Shown: positions 1-12,754 of the stretch, piece by piece
Layout: each line of letters starts with the position of its first letter
How positions within the stretch are numbered: the stretch's first letter is position 1
Origin: Haliotis cracherodii
Lineage: Eukaryota
Assembly: GCF_022045235.1 (NCBI RefSeq)
Contig: NW_027266343.1
Coordinates: forward strand, 51,212,001 to 51,276,000
Length of the DNA: 64,000 nucleotides
Reading direction: 5' to 3'
The notes under the pieces: generated by a model
The model's input: only the letters and a program-made list of their open reading frames with translations
What the model was told of the DNA's origin: nothing
The model's database searches: none
Position numbers and translations under genes: made by a program

Positions 1-340
1 GTCGCCTTTTACGACAAGCTTAGTCGCCTTTTACGGCAAGCATGGGTTGCTGAAGACTTATTCTACCCCGGAATCTTCACGGGAAGTGGCGGGATGGGGT
101 GAGGGAGGGGTGTTTGCTTGCAGTGCTGGGTTTATAGTGCTGTCCGTGAGATACCATGCAACAGTCGGTTTTTTCAGTTTTCCTCGTGGTTGGTGTTGAC
201 AACAAATAGTAATGAAAAGAGATACTGATGACAATAAATATAACACAATGATGACCCTGGTCCGTCCTACAAGTAACGCGTCCCTCATTTATGTTCAGCC
301 ATAGATAGTTTACCAACCTTACCAAAGCTACAATGTTTGG

Positions 341-603
341 TTTGTTTGTTAGTTTGTTTTTTAACGCCGCACTCAGCAATATTCCAACTACATGACGGCG
401 GTCTTTAAATAATCGCGTCTGGACCAGACAATCCAGTGATTGACGCTATATCCACGCTATTTGGATACGATGACATGCATCAACCAAGTCGGCGAGCCTG
501 ACCACCCGATCCCGTTAGTCGCCTCTTACGACAAACATAGTCGCCTTTTTTCGGCAAGCATGTGTTGCTGAAGACCTCTTCTACCCCGGATCCTCACGGG
601 TCC
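341..603 (-). mobile_element. SINE-like family A, full length (another partial copy at 1-82)
   Basis: Reverse complement of GACCCGTGAAGATCCGGGGTAG...GCTGAGTGCGGCGTTAAA(CAAA)n. Confidence 0.85.
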
Positions 604-1962
604 AATGCTTAGTCCTTTGCTTAAGCAAACACCAACAAGTTCTCATTAGCAATTTGCATTTTTATATATTACCTTTGAGGCCTATTTTCTAATTACTTGA
701 GGGATGACAATGCATTTTCCGACAATATTCAACGCCTCACAGCAAGTACCAACCTGGCTTCATATACACTTCCGGACAAAAGAACGTATACACCAAAGTC
801 GATGGTGGCTAAGAATGAAAGGTTAATCCATGGTGATGTATCATTATTGTGTTTTGTAGCCTAGGATGATGTTAATAACGTTTGTAATTTGGGGTCAAAT
901 CCAATTTTCAAGTGTATTCTTTCTTTTGCCCGGTAGTGTATATTCCTTGCGTCATGCAAACGAGGTCTCCTTATACTAGACATTGAATCAAGTAGCGTTC
1001 TTTATGGTTCTTGAAGTGTCTCAGGTAGCTGAAAGTAACAGCTGATTGATTATTAACCAATATCACCCACCAGTTTCTAACGTCAATAATACCAAGATAA
1101 GCTTGATTTATGACGTTCTGAAATCGATTTTCTTCTCTTCCTTTATCCTGAAGTGGCCGTGTTGACGGCAGATTTTCAGCTTCACTAATGTCTAAATATT
1201 CTTTTACAACGTAAAAATAATAACATGGAGATTGCAAAATCAATTGATAGTGTTTGTCACGAATGGGAAAAGAAAAGTTCATGTGTTAGCGCAAACAATG
1301 ACATTTAGGTATTCGTGTTTCCTTCACATAAACATCCCAATCGCTGTGCAGAGTTACGTCCACTAGCAAAGCCAGGATCCGACGAAGTGAAATAGATTCG
1401 CCAGGCCAGTTTTCCCCTGATTATTATCCTTGGTGCGCCATACCCATGCTCGTGGGTTTCACCACATATAGATCTGTGTAAATGAAATAATGTTCAAAGC
1501 GACGTGAAACACAAACCTCTCTACTCTGGGAGAAAGGACGGGTTTCAATGGTTATTGTAACAGTATCGACCTTCGTGTAGATGTCTGAATACTGGTTGTA
1601 TCACATGGTTGTTCTTCAACTGCCATTGCTGCATGGAAATATAGCCATTATAATGTTATAGGGTTCTTAGAGATACCAAAGGCTATTCAAGTACACGTAA
1701 TAAAACATATTGAAATGGGACGATTTGCACTATTGTTAGAATAAACTGAAGCAGGTTTATGGGCAGCATGAATATGCTATGGAAACTCCAATGACGCACA
1801 CTAATGTCCAGGCCCGTGACTCACCGCGACACGTACCTGCAAGCATTGGACACGGCGTGTAAACATACGAATGATTGATAGGCACAAACATATTTCACTC
1901 AATAACATCTGCTGGCACTTTGTGTGACCTGACCTTGTAGATGATTTGTGATGACTGTCTAG

Positions 1963-3380
1963 CATGTCAGTAGCAGTTGGTGATGATGACAACTGTAGAC
2001 ACGTGAGAGTGTTGTCTATTGTCATTTCAGTAGCAGACAGCTGGTGATGATGACAACTGTGGACACGTGAGAGTGTTGTCTATTGTCATTTCAGTAGCAG
2101 ACAGCTGGTGATGATGACAACTGTGGACACTAGAGAGTGTTGTCTATTGCCATGTCAGTAGCTGACAGCTGGTGATGATGACAGCTGTGGACACGTGAGA
2201 GTGTGGTCTATTTCCATGTCAGTAGCAGACAGCTGGTAATGATGACAACTGTGGACACGTGAGAGTGTGGTCTATTGTCATTTCAGTAGCAGACAGCTGG
2301 TAATGATGACAACTGTGGACACTAGAGAGTGTGGCCTATTGCCATGTCAGTAGCAGACAGCTGGTAATGATGACAACTTTGGACACGTGAGAGTGTGGTC
2401 TATTGCCATGTCAGTAGCAGACAGCTGGTAATGATGACAACTGTGGACACGTGAGAGTGTGGTCTATTGCCATGTCAGTAGCAGACAGCTGGTAATGATG
2501 ACAACTTTGGACACGTGAGATTGTGGTCTATTGTCATTTCAGTAGCAGACAGCTGGTAATGATGACAACTGTGGACACGTGAGAGTGTGGTCTATTGCCA
2601 TGTCAGTAGCAGACATCTGGTGATAATGACAACTTTGGACACGTGAGAGTGTGGTCTATTGCCATGTCAGTAGCAGACAGCTGGTGATGATGACAACTGT
2701 GGACTCGTGAGAGTGTGGTCTATTGCCATGTCAGTAGCAGACAGCTGGTGATGATGACAACTGTAGATACGTGAGAGTGTGGTCTACTGCCATGTCAGTA
2801 GCTGACAGCTCGTAATGATGACAACTGTAGACACGTGAGAGTGTGGTCTATTGCCATGTCAGTAGCAGACAGCTGGTAATGATGACAACTGTGGACACGT
2901 GAGAGTGTGGTCTATTGCCATGTCAGTAGCTGACAGCTCGTAATGATGACAACTGTAGACACGTGAGAGTGTGGTTTATTGCCATGTCAGTAGCAGACAG
3001 CTGGTAATGATGACAACTGTGGACACGTGAGAGTGTGGTCTATTGCCATGTCAGTAGCTGACAGCTCGTAATGATGACAACTGTAGACACGTGAGAGTGT
3101 GGTCTATTTCCATGTCAGTAGCTGATAGCTCGTAATGATGACAACTGTAGACACGTGAAAGTGTGGTCTATTGCCATGTCAGTAGCAGACAGCTGGTAAT
3201 GATGACAACTGTAGACACGTGAGAGTGTGGTCTATTGCTATGTCAGTAGCAGACAGCTGATAATGATGACAGTTGTAGACACGTGAGAGTGTGGTCTATT
3301 GCCATGTCAGAAGCAGACAGCTGGTAATGATGACAGCTGTTGACACGTGAGAGTGTTGAATATTGTCATGTCAGTAGCTC
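1963..3380. repeat. 64-bp minisatellite, about 22 copies
   Basis: Unit gccatgtcagtagcagacagctggtaatgatgacaactgtggacacgtgagagtgtggtctatt (starts at 2341 and 2405, for example); no unique spacers. Confidence 0.95.
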
Positions 3381-3922
3381 TCATAAAATCCATACTCACA
3401 CACGTGGCCAATTGTCACCTAATATCAACCTACTCACACACAAACAGGATGCAAGAGTGCCGCAATGCACGAAGATGTTACGCATCACTCCCAGAACCAC
3501 TGGTCGATGCTATATTGGAAAAAGGCGCCCCTGTCAAATGTCAATTGACCAATGCTCGACTTCAACATACACGTGAGAGATGAATCTACACTATTGCCGA
3601 TGAAATGGATTTCCCATAACTAACAACGGCAATGTAATAACGTCTAGATTCACGGATATATTGTCATTGAAATATGAATTGTCACTGCATGAGTTATTCA
3701 CGGAGCATCAGTGACAGCAACAAGTGCATAGACAACACAATACAACATCTCCTTCAGGTTATGTCCCAGTAGGACGCGGATAACGTTTACATCTACTGTC
3801 TCTCAATTGTCTATACATTATGATTGCCTTATAACTGTACCATGGGAAAATACTCTCACACACACAAACATTATTCCTTTTTTCCTCTCTCTCTCCCTCA
3901 CTCTCCCCCCTCTTTCTTTGTC

Positions 3923-4084
3923 NNNNNNNNNNNNNNNNNNNNNNNNNNNNNNNNNNNNNNNNNNNNNNNNNNNNNNNNNNNNNNNNNNNNNNNNNNNNNN
4001 NNNNNNNNNNNNNNNNNNNNNNNNNNNNNNNNNNNNNNNNNNNNNNNNNNNNNNNNNNNNNNNNNNNNNNNNNNNNNNNNNNNN
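3923..4084. other. Assembly gap
   Basis: Run of N. Confidence 1.
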
Positions 4085-5040
4085 ACGTTGTCACGTTGTG
4101 AGCACCCGTCTCTCTGACATCAGCGCTACAAATCTCTTCTCGACACCTTTGTAAGCCCGATTTTGTCTGTCTTCTAATTCTGTCATGGAGGGACAGGCTT
4201 GTTGGACAATAGCTGATGGGTTTAGAAGAGGGGTTTGTGTATATGTGTGAATGTGTTGTGAAGCCACAAGACCGCGCAGCAGTCACGCCTCTGGTGGATG
4301 GAGATTAAATACATGCATATGTATACATCATGTTTAGTTATCCATGTGTTCGCGTCATGAAATAAGATCGCGTGGAATTCTATTTGCTGTGCTTTTTTTG
4401 GAGATATACAATATGTACATATCTTCTGGTAAATATTCCCACGGTAACTCTTTTCAAATACGTTGGAGTGAGTAAGCATCTGGTTGTGACTGTTTTCTGA
4501 TATATTTAGATTGATTCAAGTGATAAAAAAAGAAATATACTTAGCAAACCATGTAATTTATTTCGCATGAAATGTTCTTAACAGTGACCTTAAACACTTC
4601 ATTAAGCACGAAATAGGATGAAATAATCAACACTTGTCCACGGGTCACGCTTCTTCTGTTCGGGTGTAATTATATGGTCAAAATCCTATAAGCTTTCACT
4701 GTAAGGCCGCAGTGGGATAGGTCAAGCGTGGCCAAAACATGGGAAAAGGACAGTGTACATTGTAATATGTTGGTGTATATTAACACCTGCATTGTGTGCA
4801 ACTGACCTCGTTGACCATTGAATCAACAGGGTTAATATACTTACTAGATGTTATGAAGCCACAAGTGGTTGTCGTAAACAATGTCGTAAAGGTGTGCCAC
4901 GTGCAGTTTAATCAGATGTCGTATGGAATGTGTTTGTAGACGACAGATAGTTGTTTATTCAACGTAAACGATATTAACAGATCTTGATGTGTGCGTTGCT
5001 CCACGAGTGCATGAAATATGACAAACAATAAATATATAAA

Positions 5041-5628
5041 GGGAAGAGAATGTATGGATGTCAACTTCTTTATTATGAGGAACACCACGTTTCGGAGTAT
5101 ATGTTTACTCCTTCATCAGGGAAGAGAATTTATGGATGTCAACTTCTTATTTATGAGGAACACAAAGTTTCGGAGTATATACTTATTCCTTCATCAGGGA
5201 AGAGAATTTATGGATGCCAACTTCTTTATTATGAGGAACACCACGTTTCGGAGTATATACTTACTCCTTCACCAGTGAAGAGAATTTATGAATGCCAACT
5301 TCTTTATTATGAGGAACACAACGTTGCGGAGTATAAACTTACTCCTTCATCAGGGAAGAGTATCTATGGATGTCAACTTCTTTATTATGAGGAACACCAC
5401 GTTTCGGAGTATAGACTTACTCCTTCATCTGGGATGAGAATTTATGAATGCCAACTTCTTTATTATGAGGAACACAACGTTGCGGAGTATAAACTTACTC
5501 CTCCATCAGGGAAGAGTATCTATGGATGTCAACTTCTTTATCAGGCCCTGGTGAAGGAGTAAGTGTATACACCAAAACGTTGAGTTCCCTATAATAAAGA
5601 AGATGACACCAATCAATTCTCTTCCTTG
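5041..5628 (-). repeat. 78-bp tandem array (about 6.4 units) plus one inverted unit; Penelope-terminus/hammerhead derived
   Basis: GGGAAGAGAA recurs at 5041, 5119, 5197. The - strand unit contains CTGATGA-A-GGAGTA..TACTCC-GAAA-CGT; inverted copy at 5543-5628. Confidence 0.85.
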
Positions 5629-6416
5629 TGTACATCATATTATGATCAAGATGGCAGTTCAACCGTTCAAACAAGAGTGTTCATTATTCAAAACAGAAGT
5701 TAAACATACAAAGAGTATCAAACTAATTATACTTTTAGGGTGTTTTCATAAAGTCGCCCACGTGTGATATGAATATGCCTGGTGCCTCAGTTCTTTTACA
5801 GTTAAAATACAGCAAGCGATTATATGTATAGATGTTCGGCCATTTACTAGAATTTTCTGATAAACATGACTGATTGCATTGTAATAAAACACATCTGTAG
5901 CAGCGGGTCGGTCACGCGTCTTACATAAACACCGGGATTAGGTATTCATTGCGATCCTCGGGTATGCTATTTTTAAAAAGATGACAAACGAGGGTATGTG
6001 TTAATCGCTGCGACAACGTTTGTTGCGGTCTTTTTAAAAGTCAAAATCACCCGTACCAGAATATGTATATGAGAACATGGTGTGAATAGATCAGCTGTAA
6101 CATGAAGCGGGCGTTTCGAAATGTTTAAATGATGGATGTCAGTGTGTGTCTTTCTTACGATAGCTCACTTCAAATTGATCTACTTTTTATACTTGATATA
6201 GTATCAATGTGATATTAATGTAAATGATGTTTGTTGCACAGTATTTGCCGTGCATATACCATTTCGTTTTGCTATTCTGTACGACCTATTGTTCTATGAC
6301 TTTATATATTATATGATTTTATGTTTAGTGTCTCGTAGGCCATACCTGGTCGGATGTTAGATTTTATTGTTTGTGTACGTGTTTAGTATGAAGTGTATTT
6401 AAAATTTGACATTATA

Positions 6417-6577
6417 NNNNNNNNNNNNNNNNNNNNNNNNNNNNNNNNNNNNNNNNNNNNNNNNNNNNNNNNNNNNNNNNNNNNNNNNNNNNNNNNNNNN
6501 NNNNNNNNNNNNNNNNNNNNNNNNNNNNNNNNNNNNNNNNNNNNNNNNNNNNNNNNNNNNNNNNNNNNNNNNNNNNN
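6417..6577. other. Assembly gap
   Basis: Run of N. Confidence 1.
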
Positions 6578-7507
6578 TTGTTAGTGTGTTCGTTTTAGGG
6601 AGACCGAGTCGGGTGGGGGCAAGTGAGTGAGTGGAGGTGGGGTGGGTGGGGGTGGGGTCGGGGAGGTGAGTGAGAGAGGTGGTGTGGGGGGGATTGTTGA
6701 GTGATTTGGGGAATACTGCATTTAATGAATGTACTTACATGTTTTATAGCTATTCGCGCTGAGAAAAATAGTGACAATGAACTTTGTTAATCTTAATGAT
6801 TAAAAACACGTCATTAAATACTAATCGGGGAAATAGTTTCTATACCTGTGGATTTGTGTACGTAACATATGATCTATCTGTTATAATCATGATCCCTGAC
6901 TCTGCAATTCGACTCAATCCTTATATTAAATTGAGCAGCATAGCCATTGACGTTTCTGTATTATATAGCATGTACAATACCACAGTGGAACGAATTGTCT
7001 TAAACCCCTTCATCGTTGTCAGGGATGAAGGTAAGGGATACGTCATACGAAACACTGATATTGATAAGGCGGCCTGTGAACACTGACCCCGATCGTCAAG
7101 GGTCATGACTGTCAAGTTTTCAATCAGGTGTACATTGCAGTCTATCGGAAAAATCATCACTCGCTTAATTACCTCCCTTGTCAGGCGTTAATCAAACGTG
7201 ATGTCCGCGATGTTTAACGTTAGGATAAGGACAGGGTAAACTGGACGCTCCACTTCGGGGGTCGTTTTATGGGATTACACTGAGGATTAATAGATCATAA
7301 TTATACATGGCTGTCGGAGATGTCACAGGATGTTTTACAATTTATAACCTACGGATGAAGGATAAACAAGTAACGCCACTGTGTTGTATTGAATACTCGT
7401 AGCATCACCATGTGACTGGATGAAGTCTCTATTTCAAAATTAAGATAATCTGTGGTAAATTTTATCTCTAGTCACCGATGCCTTCTGAACCAACTCACAA
7501 GTGGTGA

Positions 7508-7755
7508 GACCCGTAAAGATCCGGGTTAGAATAGACCTTCAGCAACCCATGCTTGCCGTAAAAGGCGACTAAAGGGATCGGGTGGTCAGGCTCGCTGACT
7601 TGGTTGATGCATGTCATCGTATTCCAATTGCGTGTATCGATGCTCATGATGTCAATCACTGGATTGTCTGGTCCAGACTCGAATAGTTACAGGCCGCCGT
7701 CATATAGCTGGAATACGGGTGATTGCGGCGTTGAACAAGAAACAAACAAACAAAA
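7508..7755 (+). mobile_element. SINE-like family A with 10-bp TSD
   Basis: cacaagtggt at 7496-7505 and 7756-7765. Confidence 0.9.
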
Positions 7756-8514
7756 CACAAGTGGTAAACGTCCAAGACTCGAAACGCTTTAGCGCTCACA
7801 AACTATACCGACACGCCGTGAAATAGCTGAACCAATAGCGGCGTTAAACCCAACTTATTCACTCACCCAATGTCGTTTAATAACTACAAGAGGTCCATAC
7901 AAAATTGTTCACTGTCGCTATATATTATATCAGATTTTCAAAACGACCAACTCAGCCCCATGGTACATTTCATTCACTGAGAACTAGTATACAACTTTGC
8001 CGTGCCCTAAGTGATAGTTGATTTGTTTGTAGAGCGCCTACACAGCTTCACGCCTAGGCCCCACGCCCTCGTACGAACCACGCCCGAACACCAAACAGAA
8101 TATGTTTAAGTAGGGTTATGATATTACCCTCGCTGTCCATTTCGATGTCAATAAACGGGTGGTACGATCTAAGAGTTCAATTGCTCATAAAATATTGTCA
8201 AGTGGCACGCCAATGTCTGTGTCGTGATTTATCACCATAATGAGGGGGTACACGTGTTGCGTCATCAATGTTTGAATACCCGATTGATCTGGGAAATATT
8301 TGTATGCCGTCTTTGTGTTCTAACTGAATACGGCTAAGGTCACGAAAGTCGGTTGAGATCGATTCTCATGACATTTATAACATGGGAGACGCAATCCCGA
8401 CCGCGCCTTCGTGATGCAGCGAATTTGACGGGGGAGGGGGGATAGACTTCATGTCGAATCGGTGAGTGAGTTGGGTTTTACAACGCGTAGAACTGTATGT
8501 TTGTCAGAGGTGAG

Positions 8515-8824
8515 ATGAGGTGAAATGGGGTTTAACGTCGCGTCAAAGATTATTGCACATATACAGCGACGTGCAAGCATGTGTGGCTGCTTGTACCAGT
8601 CCGGACTGATGTCAATTGATAGTGCTAGCCTACTGAGATACCATGCCGCAGTTTAACATAAAAATCCCACTCAGACACAGTATACTGACTCCGAGCCAAC
8701 CAGGTCTTGTTTAAGCCCCCTAATGTACCATGTAACAACAAGTACCATCTTTTAACGTGGTGGTGAAATGGGGTTTAACGTCGTGTTCAAGATCATTGGA
8801 CTTACATAGCGGCGTGCATGCAAG

Positions 8825-8901
<77 letters not shown>

Positions 8902-9148
8902 CAGTCAAGTGTGGGTTTTATAGTACCAACGTACTGAGGCACCAAGCCTTGAATTAACATGAATACCCAACACAGACACAGCAAACTAACCCTTAACAGT
9001 CCTCGTCAGTTTATCCCCTTAATGACAAGGGTAACAAGACAGGGTAACAACAAGTACCACGTCTTATGTTTTGTCATGACACTCCAGGAGATCGAACCAC
9101 TCCGCTCTCGGGGTAGACAGTCTATCCACTAGGCCACGGAGGCGGTCT
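8515..9148 (-). mobile_element. tRNA-derived SINE family D (Meta-domain-like), two tandem copies
   Basis: Reverse complement of GACCGCCTCCGTGGCCTAGTGG...GGTTCGATCTCC...GGTACTTGTTGTTACCCTG; related copies at 23095-23330 (-) and 25326-25452 (+). Confidence 0.75.
8828..8900. repeat. (GT)n microsatellite inside a SINE
   Basis: About 36 GT units. Confidence 0.97.
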
Positions 9149-10569
9149 CTTATTTCACGGTGTGTTTGCTAAACGTGGAAGGAAAACCGGAAGTGAGATG
9201 CAGGTTGCAGACATTTTCCACTTTGGTGAAAGCAAAGAGCGGTGTGGTGAAACTTGTATTCGAGCACACGCATTGAAGTGAATGCTAACAATGACGTCTC
9301 AGAAGATTAAAACATATTGGAGAAGGGTAAACCTTTCGTTTTCAAAGGATTTGATTTACATTGTTACATCGTAAATGATGCGTTTCGTAGAATTTTGTTC
9401 ATATTGATGGACGCTAAACGCTGCGGTGTAAGACGTCTTGACAAGAATTGTAGGACAGTTAATGAAGCGGTTATTGAGACTTAATGCATTGAAACGACAC
9501 GTATGAGATATACTGCCTCCCACCAGAGTGATGTACGGTTACCATGGCGGATGTCGGACAGATACCAGATAGTATATAATAATGTTATCGGCAGTATGTC
9601 ATCTTGGCTATCACGTATAGCTTCAGTGGCTGCATTTAAAGTGACCAGAGCGGAAAGATCTGCCATAGACTTGCTCAGGCAGACGGTACCTGATATATGT
9701 ACGGATATTGTAAACATACAAGCTATGTATTCAATATTAACAAGTGTTACAGCTTTATGAAGGTTGTATGGTATCATTTTGTATCTGAAGACATCTGAGA
9801 TTATTTTTATTAAATGAAGTTCCACAGGAGAAAAAGACCCATGTAGTCAACGTATACATTTTATGGCTTTTTTATTCAAAACTATCAGATTTCAGATGTC
9901 AAACGGGTTCTATACTACATTTTATTCAGATGGAGGACCGTGTCACACGGGCTTTTTAAGAAAGTATCTGCATATGATATTGAGAGTATTAAAATATGTG
10001 TGACAACTGCTATACCATTAGGAAGCATGTATTGAAATTTCAAGCGGTGAGTGGAAAAAGCCCTAAGTGTAAGAGCTCACCCATGATGTTCGATCTATCG
10101 CTTTGATGACGTATACTGTAGCACAGAAGTGGCTTGACTTCACTTCTAAATACTTTACATGAGCAAAACTAATTATAAAACATGATACCTACATGGAATC
10201 GATCTTGGCCAATATAAAGTTTAATAGATCTCGTGCATTCTATGTTGTCAACAAGTAAATATAAGCGACAAAACGCGTATCGTGATAATGAGAAATCTTT
10301 CCTAACAGCAGAGTCCATCGTGCAATTCCGACCATATCATGAAGATGTTATATGAATCACTTTCAAATAGTGATGACACCAGGTGTTCGCGATAAGGTTC
10401 GCCTCCGGCGACGCATGTGAATTGTCTGCATCAAAAATAACACACGGGGAAATATTATTCAAGTCAAAGTAGGATATTGCATCGGACAAGGCTATATAAG
10501 TAACTGCAAGGCTTCCCCGAAATCGAAACGAACAAGGGGCACGGAGTATTGTCCCTTGGTATAGTAAAC

Positions 10570-10805
10570 ACCTGAAGATCGATTTAGAATTGGATTCAGC
10601 AACCCATGCTTGTTGTATGAGGCGACTAACGGGGTCGGTGGTCAGGCTCGCTGACCTGGATGATGCATCTCATCATATCCGAAATGCGTTGATCAATTCT
10701 CATGGTGTCAATCACTAGTTTATCTGGACCAGACTCCATCATTTACAGACCGCAGTCATATGCTGGTATATTGCTGAGTGCGGCGTTGAACAACAAACTA
10801 ACAAA
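10570..10805 (+). mobile_element. SINE-like family A, diverged
   Basis: Similarity to the other copies. Confidence 0.75.
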
Positions 10806-10893
10806 AAAACGACCTATATATAGGTATATGTTTTCACTGTGTGCAGTTCATGGCTGCTACTCTGTGTACTAAATGTCTACTTGTTTGTTTCAG

Positions 10894-10971
10894 AGATGGT
10901 TCCGCCATCGCCTGGCATGCTGGAGACAACAGCAAGGCCTGCCAGCCAATAGCGGCTCAGTAAACGACTGA
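10894..10971 (+). CDS. HOPX: Homeodomain-only protein (HOPX-like), last coding exon: RWFRHRLACWRQQQGLPANSGSVND*
   Basis: Acceptor ttgtttgtttcag at 10881-10893, phase 0. The translation aligns without gaps to the human HOPX C-terminus KWFKQRLAKWRRSEGLPSECRSVTD*, with the same stop position. AATAAA at 11239-11244. Upstream exon not found in the window. Confidence 0.88.
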   Translation, partial: RWFRHRLACWRQQQGLPANSGSVND

Positions 10972-11238
10972 CGTCATACATGGATCCCGAACGAGGCTAC
11001 GAAAGCTGAACGAGTTATCGACCTTGCACATCGACTGTGTGTACACGCTTGAAGACTTGTGTTGTGTATTCAACGCTTAATTGTTATTGTTATGTATTTG
11101 TTCCAGGTATTTACGGTTCCTTTTGGAAATTCAGGGAAATTTATTGAGGGCTCTTTTGTGTATGTCTACTGTAAAATATATTCAGCTAATTTATTGACGG
11201 ATTGTGCAGTAGGGGTGAAGTTACAGAGGATAAATGTA

Positions 11239-11244
11239 AATAAA
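11239..11244 (+). terminator. Probable polyadenylation signal of HOPX
   Basis: AATAAA about 270 nt after the stop, followed by a T-rich tract (11267-11295). Confidence 0.5.
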
Positions 11245-12007
11245 AAGCAATTTCAAAGCAATGCGTGATTTATCTTTTTCTTCACATTGCCCTTTTCAAA
11301 GATCACACTGGTGTGATATCTTCTTCATATCACGGCTTTCATTAGTGAACCCGACGAACACGGGTATGGTGCTGACAAACCTAGAAGCATAATCAGGGGA
11401 ATCTGAGATTCGAACCCACGATCATACTTTTTGTTCCTGGCACACACAAGGGACGAAACTCTGTACAGAGAATTGCTATGCCATACACAACTGGGCCATA
11501 CGTGCACCCTTGTGAGAAAAGTAATATGTCAGACATAGCAATTCAATATGTCAGAACAGTTTTGGATCAAATAAATCTACCGCCAGTGTGACAAGATCAT
11601 AGTCGTGGCTGTACAGAGTTGTGCCCCTTAGCTACTAGGATCCGCTAATGTGGGTTTGAATCCTAAGATGCATCTATGATGTTTGTGTTTTCAGCATCAG
11701 GCACGTGCTCGTGGGTGTTACATACAGGTGTGTAAAATGTTGGCCTTATTCTCAAATGATATCAAGCTGACTGACGTCATATTACTGAAATACCGGCAAC
11801 AAGAAGTATCGGTGGTTTGTTTAGTCCTGGGGTTGTGTGTCATCGTGCCCCGTTGACCGTTACTCATGTTTTCAATCACTGGTTTGCGTGGCCTAGACTC
11901 GATTATTTACAGGTCGCCTTGACACAGCTGGGATAAATACTGACTGCAGCTTTAAACGCTAGGTTAATTCTCCTTCTGTCACATTTATGTCTATGCAATA
12001 ATATTCG

Positions 12008-12255
12008 GTTTAGAATAGTCTTCAGCAATCCATGCCTGCTGTGAAAGGCGACTATGACTATTCCGACTGACGGGATCGGGTGGTCAGGTTCGCTGACTTG
12101 GCTGATGCATGTCATCGTATCCCATTTGCGTGGATCGATGCTTATGATATCACTCACTGGATTGTCTGGACAAGACTCGAATATTTACTGGCCGCCGTTA
12201 TATAGCTGGAATATTGCCGAGTACGGCGCTAAACAAACAAACAAACAAACAAAAC
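12008..12255 (+). mobile_element. SINE-like family A
   Basis: Similarity to the other copies; (AAAC)n tail. Confidence 0.85.
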
Positions 12256-12754
12256 CCTGATGTACTGACATGAATCTGTTGCTTGCCGCATGTGGCCTAC
12301 ATTTATTCAGACATGAAACCTTTCTTTTGCTGGCTTCATTATGCATAACAGACACATGAAAACTTTTCCATTATTTAAAACTGAGTTGTTGATGAAACTA
12401 GATATATGTGCAAATACAAGGGTGACTATGAAACAATCAAAACGTGTTTCTCGTGCGCCCGACATGCGTGATGCGTGAGTATTTTGTGGAATGGAAACTT
12501 GTTGGAAGCAGCTGCCAAGACAAACATGAACAAAGTATTATTGCTGGCCACACATTGGCTAATATACCTGAGAAAACGGCGCTGGTTGTACTTGTTGGTA
12601 ACGAGCCGTACTGTACAGAGCCAATTTGACTTAGTGTTGTTTTGTCATCAGCATCAACAACAGATGGTAGTGACTAAACCAGTGCATACACACTCGCACC
12701 CTCAGTGCCAAGTCCAGTCTCGCACAACGTTAGGCTTTGATCAGGGCCGCTTCT

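Noticed and set aside
1963-3380. CRISPR-like regular array
   Set aside because: Contiguous tandem units with no unique spacers, no cas genes, eukaryotic context.
3759-4286. ORFs spanning N runs (also 6393-6630)
   Set aside because: Artefacts of assembly gaps.
5050-5562. 170-aa repetitive ORF (YGCQLLYYEEH...)
   Set aside because: By-product of a 78-bp (3n) repeat; no splice or promoter support; the sequence is better explained as a Penelope terminus on the opposite strand.
5975-6040. LIAA peptide as a possible HOPX upstream exon
   Set aside because: In-frame stop shortly upstream, no other homeodomain residues, and it lies within a palindromic repeat.
9180-10050. Coding-looking stretch with splice-like sites (ORF 9503-9760)
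   Set aside because: No recognisable family motif and several stops; could be a decayed element but cannot be supported without a search.
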